Assembly: GCA_964016885.1 (NCBI GenBank)
Contig: OZ024753.1
Span: 14,198,001-14,262,000, forward strand
Source of the DNA: Eledone cirrhosa
Lineage: Eukaryota
Length of the DNA: 64,000 bases
Direction of reading: 5' to 3'
Of this stretch, positions 39,500 to 50,046 are shown piece by piece. The notes beneath the pieces were generated by a model. It did no database searches. It was given only the letters and a program-made list of their open reading frames with translations, and was not told where the DNA came from. A program made the position numbers and the translations under genes. How positions within the stretch are numbered: the first letter of the stretch is position 1; every line of letters begins with the position of its first letter.

Positions 39500-39817
39500 T
39501 ATGTATATACACATACATACACACATACATATACATATAATCACACATACTATATAGACACACATATATATAACCACACACATACACGCACATATACAAC
39601 ACTTACATACTTATATACATACAGATATACACATACATAGCTATATATACACACAAATATATACAGACTTACATACATACATACAGACAAATACTTACGC
39701 ATCTATATATCGGTATATACATACAAACACCACTACACTATCACACAACTTAGACATACAAAGAGAAAGGTATATACCTATACACACATACATATACAAA
39801 TAGAAAAACATATAGAT
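38371..39817 (-). repeat. Left arm of a ~1.4-kb inverted repeat (partner 45237-46648)
   Basis: Near-identical reverse complement, including microsatellite detail; identical 60-aa ORFs at 38784(-) and 46054(+). Confidence 0.95.
38433..38586 (-). ncRNA. Type I hammerhead ribozyme with extended stem II (antisense copy)
   Basis: Reverse complement of 46434-46587. Confidence 0.7.
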
Positions 39818-42800
39818 CATCATCATCATCATCATCAGCGTTTAACGTCCGTGTTCCACGCTTGCATGGGTTTGGACGGGGGTAGTCCCACTTGAGGCAA
39901 GAGTGATTGTCTTGCTCGCATAGGACTGTCTGGCAGGTTTTCTACAGTTGGATGCCCTTCCTAACACCAACCACATTTACAGTGTGGGTCTGGGAGGTTT
40001 TTACCGTGTTGCCTACACGGCCACATTACAGCGTGGACTGTGTGTTTTTTTGTCGTGACACCTACACGATCTCATTTGTTTCGGCCTCGATGGCGCGGCA
40101 CCAACATAACTTTACATAGAACGGGGTGGTGTGGATCGGGTGGGGGTGGTGGTGGTGGGACGGGGTGTATTTTGTTAGAGATGCCTACTGGCTGGAGTAG
40201 GTTTTACTATATATTTAGGTAAGGCGGGTCTTCTCTGTTACTGAGTACCGCCAAAGGTCTCGGTCCAGTGACATTGTCTTGGAGAGGTGTAAGTGTGTGA
40301 TGTCGGAGTTTATCAGCTCGTCCCAGGTTTTTCTAGGTCTGCCTATTCCGTGACTACCGTCTATCTTTATTGCCCTGCACTTTGTTATACAGCTATCGAC
40401 TTTCATGCGCATCACGTGTCCATACCAACGTAGCCTTCTCTCGAGTAAACAACATCTGATCCCTCTTATCTCTAATTTTTTTCCTTAGTTCGTTTATGCT
40501 TTGCCGTTCACGTATATTACTGTTACACATCCAGCGGAGCATGCAAGCTTCGTTCCTCTCTAGTCTGCGTATATCCTCTGCACACAATGCCCAGGTCTCA
40601 CTGCCATGCAGCATTGCTGTTCGTATGCAGGCATCGTACAACCTGCCTTTCATTTTTAGTGAGAACCCTTTAGCAGCTAATAGTGGTATAAGCTCTCTGA
40701 ACTTTTTCCAACCAGTTCTGACTCTAGCTACAGTACTTTCAGAGCACCCTCCCCCACTGCTGATTTTATCGCCCAGGTAACGGAAGCTGTCCACTATTTC
40801 TATAGAACCCTCTGCGCAATTGAAAGAGCTAGTAGTTTGTGGGCACTTGCTGCTACTTATTGCACCAGAGCACCGGCCACATGTAAAATCTATGTTCTTA
40901 GTTAGCTTACCTGTGATCCCACTACATCTTTTATGCACCCATACTTTGCATTTAGGACATAAAATGGAGTTTCTACCTACGCCTTTCCTACACACCGAGC
41001 ACGACCATTTCCCAGAAGGGACCGCCGCCTTGTTTTCTTTCCTACAAACTAGTACTTTGGTCTTAGCCAGGTTAATTTTAAGTCCTTTTGACTCTAGGCC
41101 GTGCTTCCATGTTTGGAATTTCTTCTCTAGCTCGGCCATTGATTCCGCTATGAGTGTCAGGTCGTCTGCGTATAGGAGTTCCCATGGGCAGCCTGTCTTG
41201 AACTCCTCTGTTATAGCCTGAAGGGCAATAATAAATAGTAGTGGACTGAGAACAGAGCCCTGATGGACGCCAACTTTTACGCTAAACTCTTCACTATATT
41301 CGTTGTTAATTCTAACCTTGCTGTCTGTTTCTTTATACATGGCTTGTATAGCCCTCACAAGCCATTCGTCAACGCCTAGTTTTCTAAGAGCCCACCAGAT
41401 AATGGAGCGGGGGACTCTGTCGAAGGCTTTCTCCAAGTCGACAAAAGCTAAGTAGAGGGGTTTACCTTTAGCTAGGTACTTCTCCTGTAGTTGTCGTACT
41501 ATGAAAAGAGCGTCTGTGGTACTTTTGCCTGACACAAACCCGAACTGCATTTCATCTAGGTCAATTCTCTCTCTGATTAGTTGCGCTATTACTTTTTCCG
41601 TGACCTTCATGACCTGGTCGATTAATTTAATGCCTCTATAGTTGCTCCTATCTAGGGCGTCTCCTTTACCCTTATAACAGTTAACGATGATGCTGCTATG
41701 CCAGTCCTTCGGAACAACCCCATTCTGTACGACTTGGTTAACTATGCGGGTGACCATGGTGTGTCCCACCGTGCCAGATGCCTTCAGCATCTCAGCAACT
41801 ATTTCCGAAGGCCCAGCCGCCTTACCAGTCTTCATATCCTTGATTGCCTTACTTATTATACTCCCCTCGACTAACACTGCTGGTCCCTGTATTGGGTCGA
41901 TATGGGGGAGACTGCCTTTCTCCCAATTATTCTCCTCATTTAGTAGCCTTTCATAGTGACACTTCCAAGCTACCTTCTTATCAGCGTCGGTGATGGCAAG
42001 TGTGCCATCGTCGTTTAGTACACACTTCTCCCCGACAATATCACGGTTTTCCTTGACGCATTGCCTAGCAATCCTGAACACCTCACGTTTTTGGTCATCG
42101 CGTTGTAGAACATGCTTGAACTTTCTTTCCTCAGCTTCCCTTCTTGCTAAGTACACTTGTCTCCTAGCTTCCCTCCTGGCCACTTGATAGTCCTCTCTAC
42201 TTCCCCCATCCCGCCATACTTTCCAAGCCTGCTTTTTGGCCTTAATTGACCCCTCCACCTTACTGTTCCACCACCATGTTACTCTCCTCCTGCCTACAGG
42301 CCTGCTCCAGCCACAGACTTCGTCTGTCGCCAACAGCAGGTTTGCTTTCAGAAATTCCCACTCTCCCTCTATATTGTCCGACTCTAAATGTTCTTCCTTA
42401 CTGTCGAAAGCATCAAGCAATATGCTTTGAAATTTATTCCTGGCTGTGGGGTCCTTTAGCTTCCATATTTTCCTCCTGAGGATAGTCCTCTTCTGTTGTC
42501 GAGTACGTCTCGTCCTGACTATGAGGTCGCTAATTATCAGTCTATGTTGGGAGGTGCATTCTTCATGGGAGAGGGATTTAGTGTTTACAACAGACACTCT
42601 GTCACGTCTTCTGGTAAGGATATAATCTACCTGGCTTGTGTGTTCCCCGGATCTATAGGTGATCAGGTGATTGTCACGTTTTTTGAAGTTAGTGTTACAG
42701 ATAGTTAGGTTATTTGCATCACAGAATTCCAGGATTCTGGAGCCTTCCTCATTTCTAGTACCAAACCCATAGCCTCCATGGATTTCGTCGTAGCCGTCAC

Positions 42801-43130
42801 AATGTTGTCCAACGTGACCATTTAGGTCGCCTGCGATAATTATATAGTCACTGTCGGATATTTGGGAGGTAGTTAGCATCAGTGTCTCATAGAATCTGTC
42901 TTTTATAGTGTCGGGCAGTCCGGATTGGGGTGCGTACGCAGATATTACTGTCACCGTAGTTCTATTGAGGACAAGTCGTATTTTAATTATTCTGTCGTTC
43001 ACTCTATTTACGTCTATTATCTTATCTGCCCACTTTTCTGCTACCATGATTCCTACTCCACCCAGCCCATCGTCGTTTCCTACCCAGAAAAGCTTATAAC
43101 ATCGTTTTTTACCCTCAATGAACCTAGCAA
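39817..43130 (-). mobile_element. Young RTE-clade LINE, slightly 5'-truncated, in NCDN intron 1 (antisense)
   Basis: APE + RT ORF, 3' UTR and (GAT)n tail at 39817-39837. Confidence 0.96.
40393..43047 (-). CDS. RTE LINE ORF: AP endonuclease, reverse transcriptase and inserted PHD-like zinc finger
   Basis: SAYAPQ, GDLNGH, VDYIL, SQHR; AFVDLEKAFD, GVHQGSVLSP, YADDL; C..C...C..C..WVHKRC...C..C; frame stays open upstream to about 43128; one frameshift in a homopolymer near 40480, C-terminus continues to 40215. Confidence 0.95.
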   Translation of the reverse strand: MVAEKWADKIIDVNRVNDRIIKIRLVLNRTTVTVISAYAPQSGLPDTIKDRFYETLMLTTSQISDSDYIIIAGDLNGHVGQHCDGYDEIHGGYGFGTRNEEGSRILEFCDANNLTICNTNFKKRDNHLITYRSGEHTSQVDYILTRRRDRVSVVNTKSLSHEECTSQHRLIISDLIVRTRRTRQQKRTILRRKIWKLKDPTARNKFQSILLDAFDSKEEHLESDNIEGEWEFLKANLLLATDEVCGWSRPVGRRRVTWWWNSKVEGSIKAKKQAWKVWRDGGSREDYQVARREARRQVYLARREAEERKFKHVLQRDDQKREVFRIARQCVKENRDIVGEKCVLNDDGTLAITDADKKVAWKCHYERLLNEENNWEKGSLPHIDPIQGPAVLVEGSIISKAIKDMKTGKAAGPSEIVAEMLKASGTVGHTMVTRIVNQVVQNGVVPKDWHSSIIVNCYKGKGDALDRSNYRGIKLIDQVMKVTEKVIAQLIRERIDLDEMQFGFVSGKSTTDALFIVRQLQEKYLAKGKPLYLAFVDLEKAFDRVPRSIIWWALRKLGVDEWLVRAIQAMYKETDSKVRINNEYSEEFSVKVGVHQGSVLSPLLFIIALQAITEEFKTGCPWELLYADDLTLIAESMAELEKKFQTWKHGLESKGLKINLAKTKVLVCRKENKAAVPSGKWSCSVCRKGVGRNSILCPKCKVWVHKRCSGITGKLTKNIDFTCGRCSGAISSSKCPQTTSSFNCAEGSIEIVDSFRYLGDKISSGGGCSESTVARVRTGWKKFRELIPLLAAKGFSLKMKGRLYDACIRTAMLHGSETWALCAEDIRRLERNEACMLRWMCNSNIRERQSINELRKKIRDKRDQMLFTREKATLVWTRDAHESR

Positions 43131-43699
43131 TTAATACATATACATTGTATATGTATTAATTTTGATTTCTATTTGCATATAATTATATTCTGCTATTGAT
43201 AAAATACAATATCTGTTTTATTTATTATATACCTAATTAACATATACTATAGAAATAAATATATAATTTTTAATTTAGTTAACCTATAATTTATATTCTA
43301 CTACCGATGTAATACTTTATTTGTTTTTTCCCTATTACTAAATTCATTTCCTAATATTGATACCATAACGTTATTAACTTTAATTTAGTTATACTATAAT
43401 TAATACTCTACTACTATTTAACTTCAAAATTCTGCTTCAAATATTATAAACCTAACTAATTTACACCTTAGAAATCAATATGTTAACTATCTTTAGTTTA
43501 GTTAACATATAATTAATGGTATACTTGTTTATTTTGAAATGCATAAATTTTGCCTTATTTCTCGTTTATTGTATTTCCTAACACTGAAACTATGTAAAAA
43601 CATACATTGGATCAAGATACGGATAATATTCTATGTTTCTTGAAACATATATTTACTATAATCCCCTTCTCCAAACCCCCCCTTTCCCCCATACTATTA

Positions 43700-43908
43700 T
43701 CATCTGTATTTGTAAGCGTGTATGTATGAATATATATGTAGGTAGGTGTGTATATATGTTTGGGTATTTATATCTGAATATAAAAATACATATATGCGCA
43801 TGCAAATATGAATGTAAGATTGTGTGTGTATATATGTGTGTGTGTATGTATGTATATATGTGTATAGATGCATGTGTATATGTGTGTGTATGTGAATGTG
43901 TGTATGTG

Positions 43909-43964
<56 letters not shown>

Positions 43965-44168
43965 TGTATATATATGTGTGTGTATGTATGTGTGGTTGTA
44001 TATATATGTATGTCTCTATTTATATGTCTATCTTCGTATCTATGTGGATATATGTGTGTGTGTGCATGTATACACATATATGTGTTTATGTGTATATGTG
44101 TGTATGTGTATATATGTGTGTGTGCACACACATATATGTGAGTGTGTATATGTGTCTGTGTATATGTA

Positions 44169-44210
<42 letters not shown>

Positions 44211-44250
44211 TGTCTATGTGTGTATATATGTCTATATTCGTATGTGTGTA

Positions 44251-44301
<51 letters not shown>

Positions 44302-44546
44302 ATATATATATATATATATTATTTATTATTATAATATAACTTATGTGTATGTGTGTATATGTGAGGGTGTGTATATGTATATAATATGTGTATATATAAG
44401 TGTAAAAAAATATATATATGTGCATGTCTGTTTTTTATGTGTGTGTATATATATATATATATGTGTGTATATATATGTATATGTGGGTGTTTGTATGTGT
44501 ATTTATGGTGGTATGTGTGTGTGGGTATGTATATATATATATGAAT

Positions 44547-44596
<50 letters not shown>

Positions 44597-44911
44597 CTCT
44601 ATTAATGCGTGTATATATGTATATGCATATGCCTTTTTATTTTTATTTGTATGTCTGAGTTGGGTGAGGTTGTAGTGGTGTTTCTATGTATATACGCATA
44701 TATGGATGCGTATGTATTTGTATATATGAGTATATGTAAGTGCATATGTATGTATGATTATATATCTAATTCTATGTATGAATATATATGTATATATATG
44801 TGTGTATGTAAGTTGTGTGTGTATGTATGTATATGTCTATGTGTGTATGTATATATGTATGTATATCTATGTATGTGTATGTATGTACATGTATGTCTAT
44901 GTATGTGTGTG

Positions 44912-44968
<57 letters not shown>

Positions 44969-45177
44969 CTTTATTATTTATTTTTTATATATATGTGTGT
45001 GTGTGTATGTGTGTGTGTGTGTGTGTATATATATCTTTATATATGTGTATGTGTATGTTCGTGTAGGTGTATGTGTGTGTATGACTTTATATGTATGTGT
45101 GTATGTGTGTATGCGTATATATTTCTATGTGTGTGTACATGTATGTATGTGTATGTGTGTGTATGTGTATATGTATG

Positions 45178-45211
<34 letters not shown>

Positions 45212-45554
45212 TATGTGTGTATATATATATATATATATCTATATGTTTTTCTATTTGTATATGTATGTGTGTATAGGTATATACCTTTCTCTTTGTATGT
45301 CTAAGTTGTGTGATAGTGTAGTGGTGTTTGTATGTATATACCGATATATAGATGCGTAAGTATTTGTCTGTATGTATGTATGTAAGTCTGTATATATTTG
45401 TGTGTATATATAGCTATGTATGTGTATATCTGTATGTATATAAGTATGTAAGTGTTGTATATGTGCGTGTATGTGTGTGGTTATATATATGTGTGTCTAT
45501 ATAGTATGTGTGATTATATGTATATGTATGTGTGTATGTATGTGTATATACATA

Positions 45555-45599
<45 letters not shown>

Positions 45600-45747
45600 A
45601 TTTATATGTATATGTGTATATGTATGTATGTGTGTATATGTATATGTTTATATATGTGTGTGTATGTATGTTCTTAGTGTGGATGTGTGTATATGTATGT
45701 ATGTGTTTGTATATGTGTGTATATATATGTATGTGTGTGAGTGTGTG

Positions 45748-45800
<53 letters not shown>
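43700..45800. repeat. Degenerate (TA)n/(TG)n microsatellite field
   Basis: Low-complexity tract producing spurious YI/CV ORFs. Confidence 0.95.
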
Positions 45801-45803
<3 letters not shown>

Positions 45804-46640
45804 CTTGATATATTTCTTTTTTCTTTTTTCTTTCTATTCTTTCCTCTTTAATGTTTATTTATTATTTATTATTTTTTATTTTCTTAGTTTATAGATACAT
45901 CTATATTAAGCAGTCTGCCCAGACCGTTGAATACTGACCTCTCCCCCCCCCCTCCCACCTAATTTCTGTATCTTGATCTAAATGTGTGTGCCAGTGTTTA
46001 TGTGAGTGAATTAATATCCATGTGCTTATGATTTTATATCCACATATATAAATGTGAGTGGGGGTGTGTGTGTGTTTGTATGTTCGTGGTTATGTGTATA
46101 TTTATGCATATACGCGCGTGTATGTGTGATTGTACGGATATATGTGAGTATGAAAAAATATATTTATATACTTAATTTCATATTTGTGTGTCTATACGCA
46201 TCTTATCTGTGCATTATAAACTTACAGAGACATTAACCTTGAAATTTTGTATTTGCATCCATCCTTTTAGTATGCGTATACAAATTATACATACATTTTT
46301 GTAAAATATGTGTAAGGGTTTTACATGTATATACACACACCGAACTGCATTTAACCTTTTGTGTTTTCATTGGTCAATTTTGTTCCCAAACGGACCTGAA
46401 ATTTTGAATTGTTGTTATTATCAATAAATATACTTCATTATTTCTGAAGACGGCGTATATATGTGTTGGTATGTATATTTAATCTTGATAGTTTGTATAA
46501 TTTTGTATAATTTTGTACATAGATCTGTTGAATATGCATGCCAATTCTAACACATATATATCCTAGAAACGATCGTTAAATAATGAACTTTTTTTGTTTA
46601 ATATAAGGAACTGTCTCATTGTTTATTCATTATTTGTTTA

Positions 46641-46648
<8 letters not shown>
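45237..46648 (+). repeat. Right arm of the ~1.4-kb inverted repeat
   Basis: Reverse complement of 38371-39817. Confidence 0.95.
46434..46587 (+). ncRNA. Type I hammerhead ribozyme with extended stem II, sense to NCDN intron 1
   Basis: TTCATTATTT-CTGAAGA-[TATATATGTGTTGG/CTAACACATATATA stem]-GAAACGATCGTT^AAATAATGAA: 10-bp stem I, palindromic stem III. Confidence 0.72.
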
Positions 46649-46695
<47 letters not shown>

Positions 46696-48519
46696 TCATC
46701 ATCATCGTTTTACGTCCATTTACCATGCTTGCTGGGTTAAACGTGTCGTCTATGCACCATACCTTGTTCAGCCGAAACTGTAAATTTAGCAGGGATTTTT
46801 ACAGCTGGCTGGCCTTCCTAACACCAACCACTTTTACAGAGTGCGACCATTATATATCAGGTGTACACGTTCTGTCAGACTGTCCATGTCTGCGCATCAT
46901 TACAGTAGCAATGCTATGATAGTACTAAATATTTTATTACTCATATGATCTTAAATATCATTTATTATTATTATTATTATTATGGCAGTGGATTGGCAGT
47001 ATCGGTAGAGGGTCGGATGCCATGCTTTGTAGTATAGAGTTACGGCCCTCTACAGTCTGAGATCAAATCCCGCCGAGGTTAGCTTTGCCTTTCATCCTTA
47101 CGGAGTCGATAAAATAAAGAACTAGTCACGCACAGGGGTCGATTTAATCGATTTTCCCCTCCTCCCTAAATTACTGGCCTTGTGCCTAAATTAGAAATCA
47201 TTATTATTGCCTTTATCTACGTAAGATAACAACAGCGAGTCAAGATGCAACACATACATAAGAAAGAATACTTAATCATAACAATACTTAATCATCATCA
47301 TCATCATACGTCCGCTTTTCCCTGCTTTGAAGAGTTGGATGGGTCCTATTCAGCACAGCATCTCTCCACTTGTGACGGTCTTTCGTTATCTCCATCGTGA
47401 GCTGAGGTTTGCTCTCACCACTTCCGCCCATGTTTTTCGTGGTCTACCTCCACTGCGTCTTCCCTCCACTGGGACTTCCTGGCACTTCTTCACCCATCGG
47501 TCATCCTCCATGCGCATCACATGTCCATACCATCTCAGCCATCTCTCCTGCGCACCCCAATAAAAGCCCAGGTGGTGTGGGAGAACACTCTCTTGCATTG
47601 CAGAAACACAGGGGCAAGATGCCTCATGGTTCCAGTGGACTGCTTGGAGAAAGTGTTACCCCAGAGGATAGCAAGGGAGATGTCATCATCATCATTACCA
47701 TTTAACATCCACCTTTACCACCCAGACTTTGGTTAGATGAGTTATCCTGTTGTGAGCAATGCCAGGTCAGGTGACCATGTCTAGCTCCTACAGAACTGAT
47801 TTTAGCTTGATTTCTACAGCTGGATGCCCTTCCTAACACCAACCTAATTTACAGTGAGTATTTGGTGCTTTTTGCTGTGACACTTACATGACCCCTTTAC
47901 AGTGAGTACTGGGTGCTTTTTGCCATGACACTTACATAATCCCCTTTACAGTGAGTATTGGGTGCTTTTTGCTGTGACACCTACATGACCCCTTTACAAT
48001 GTGGAGTGGGTGCTTTTTGCCGTGACACCTATGCAACCACTTTACAGTGTGGGCTGGGCGCTTTTTGTTGTGTCACCATCAAGACCATTTTACAGTGTGG
48101 GTTGAAGGCTTCACTGGATTATACTTCAGCTTGTTCTCATGGGAGTCAGTGGGGTGGTGTATACTATACATATGCTTCAAGTTTGGTCTCTACCCATGGG
48201 AAGTCGGGTCTTCTGTATTACTGCTTAATGCCAAAGATCTTTGAGAGGTGTAGTTGGGCAAGGTCAGCTTTTATCACCTCCTTCTATGGCTTCTTTTTGT
48301 AATAACCATTCGATCTTGTGGATGCCCTGATAGCCATGAGTAGGGAGGTGGTTCAGGGACCAAGAACGGCAGAAATTTCCATCATTACAGGTTCACTTGA
48401 AACATGGCTGCAGTCCAATGACTGAAACCAGCAAAAGAATACATTTACAAATGTAAATAATACACAAACACACATATACATGTCTACTCTACCCTCTGTT
48501 GTCTTGGTTCTTTCATCAA

Positions 48520-48872
48520 CCTCTCTCAAATCATTTGTCAACCTCTCTCATATCATTTGTCAACCTCTCTCAGATCTCTTGACAGCCTCTCTAAGTTCTC
48601 TTGACAGCCTCTCTAAGTTCTCTTGACAGCCTCTCTAAGTTCTCTTGACAGCCTCTCTAAGTTCTCTTGACAGCCTCTCTAAGTTCTCTTGACAGCCTCT
48701 CTAAGTTCTCTTGACAGCATCTCTCAGTTCATTTGTCAACCTCTCTCAGTTCATTTGTCAACCTCTCTCAGTTCATTTGTCAACCTCTCTCAGTTCATTT
48801 GTTAACCTCTCTCAGATCTTTTGTCAACCTCTCTAAGTTCTCTTGACAGCCTCTTTGAGTTCATTTGTCAAC
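48520..48872. repeat. 21-bp minisatellite just upstream of NCDN exon 2
   Basis: (CCTCTCTAAGTTCTCTTGACAG / CCTCTCTCAGTTCATTTGTCAA)-type units. Confidence 0.9.
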
Positions 48873-48902
48873 ATGGCTACGTCTTTTGTTCTATATTTTT
48901 AG

Positions 48903-49002
48903 GTAACCAAACTAATCAAAGCTGACAAATGTGATTCCCAGAGCCAAAAGTTACTGTTTGATGCCATAGGCTTTAAGTTTCTTGTCAGGTTACTGCGTTC
49001 AA
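48903..49002 (+). CDS. NCDN: Neurochondrin, coding exon 2
   Basis: tttttag acceptor; VTKLIKADKCDSQSQKLLFDAIGFKFLVRLLRS matches the NCDN signature VTK...IFDAVGF.F..RLL; donor gtaaga, phase 1. Confidence 0.93.
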
Positions 49003-49381
49003 GTAAGACAACAAACTTAACATCTCTGTTGTGTGGTTAGTTACTGGCTGTATTGTGTAAATATCTGCTAAGACTGAAGTCGATTTTACAAGCTACTGTT
49101 TAATTCTTTTAGCCCTTTAGCATTTAAATCGGCCGTATCCGGCCAGAATTCTCTCATCTTTTTCTGCTCAAACCGGCTGTAACTGACCACTCATACCTAC
49201 ATCAAGGTATTGTTCTCAAAATAAATAATATCAAAATGTCATAGATTCGATATATGTGAGATAAAACCTTTAGCCTTTACTATGAAAATACAATAGTATA
49301 TATAGAGTAATGTTAATGCTAAAGTGTTATGGGATGGTGGTGTTTTGCTTTGTCTTCATTGTATGAAGCAGAGAAGAAATA

Positions 49382-49549
49382 CTGTATTTCCCGGTGCCGA
49401 AGACGCTTTGTCCTCAAGGACGCACCCTAATTTTGACAACCAAAAATTGAAAAAAAAATAATAAACAACCTTCGACTTCCAGGACGCATGATAGATTTTT
49501 AAGACTTATTTTAGGAAAAAAGTAGCATCTTCGATGCCTGGAAATACGG
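49382..49549. mobile_element. Tc1/pogo-type MITE; second copy at 54410-54578
   Basis: TA|CYGTATTTCCCGG...GAAGACGC / GCRTCTTCGATG.C.GGAAATACGG|TA. Confidence 0.82.
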
Positions 49550-49960
49550 TAAATATTACTCTGGATATGACATCCATATATCTAAGGTAACTATGCAGTA
49601 CCACACTTGTAAGTACCATATTCCTCTGAAATATTCTCTGTTGGTCTTAGTTTTACTTGTGTTTCTTTTTTATTTTCAGTTATGATGTTTATATTACCAG
49701 CTAAAGTATTTCAAAACTACATTGAATAAATCTCTCTCTCTAAATTACCTCAACACCAAAATAAGCACATTTAAGATATTCTCTCTCTCTCTGTCTCATT
49801 CTCTCACTCTAAAATACTTCAACACCAATTTAAACCCATATTTAAGACTCTCTCTCTGTCTGTCTGTCTGTCTCTCGCTCTCTCTCACTCTCTCTCTCTA
49901 AACTACTTCAACACCAAAATAACCCCATATTTAAGACTTTCCCTCTCTCATCATTTCCAG

Positions 49961-50046
49961 CCAAAGTCCCTGAAGGGTGCAGTAAATATATATACAAGTC
50001 ATTATCTCTCACCATTCTCTCCAGTTTCTCAGGATTACAACATGTG
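49961..50046 (+). CDS. NCDN: Neurochondrin, coding exon 3
   Basis: tttccag acceptor; (T)KVPEGCSKYIYKSLSLTILSSFSGLQHV resembles NCDN P.GCP...ALG..LL..F; donor gtaagt, phase 0. Confidence 0.9.

Noticed and set aside
43633-45894. Many long ORFs rich in Y/I/C/V/H/T (also 9319-9769, 13720-14143, 27476-28140, 39124-39602, 58774-59625)
   Set aside because: Translations of (TA)n/(TG)n/(CA)n microsatellites, not genes
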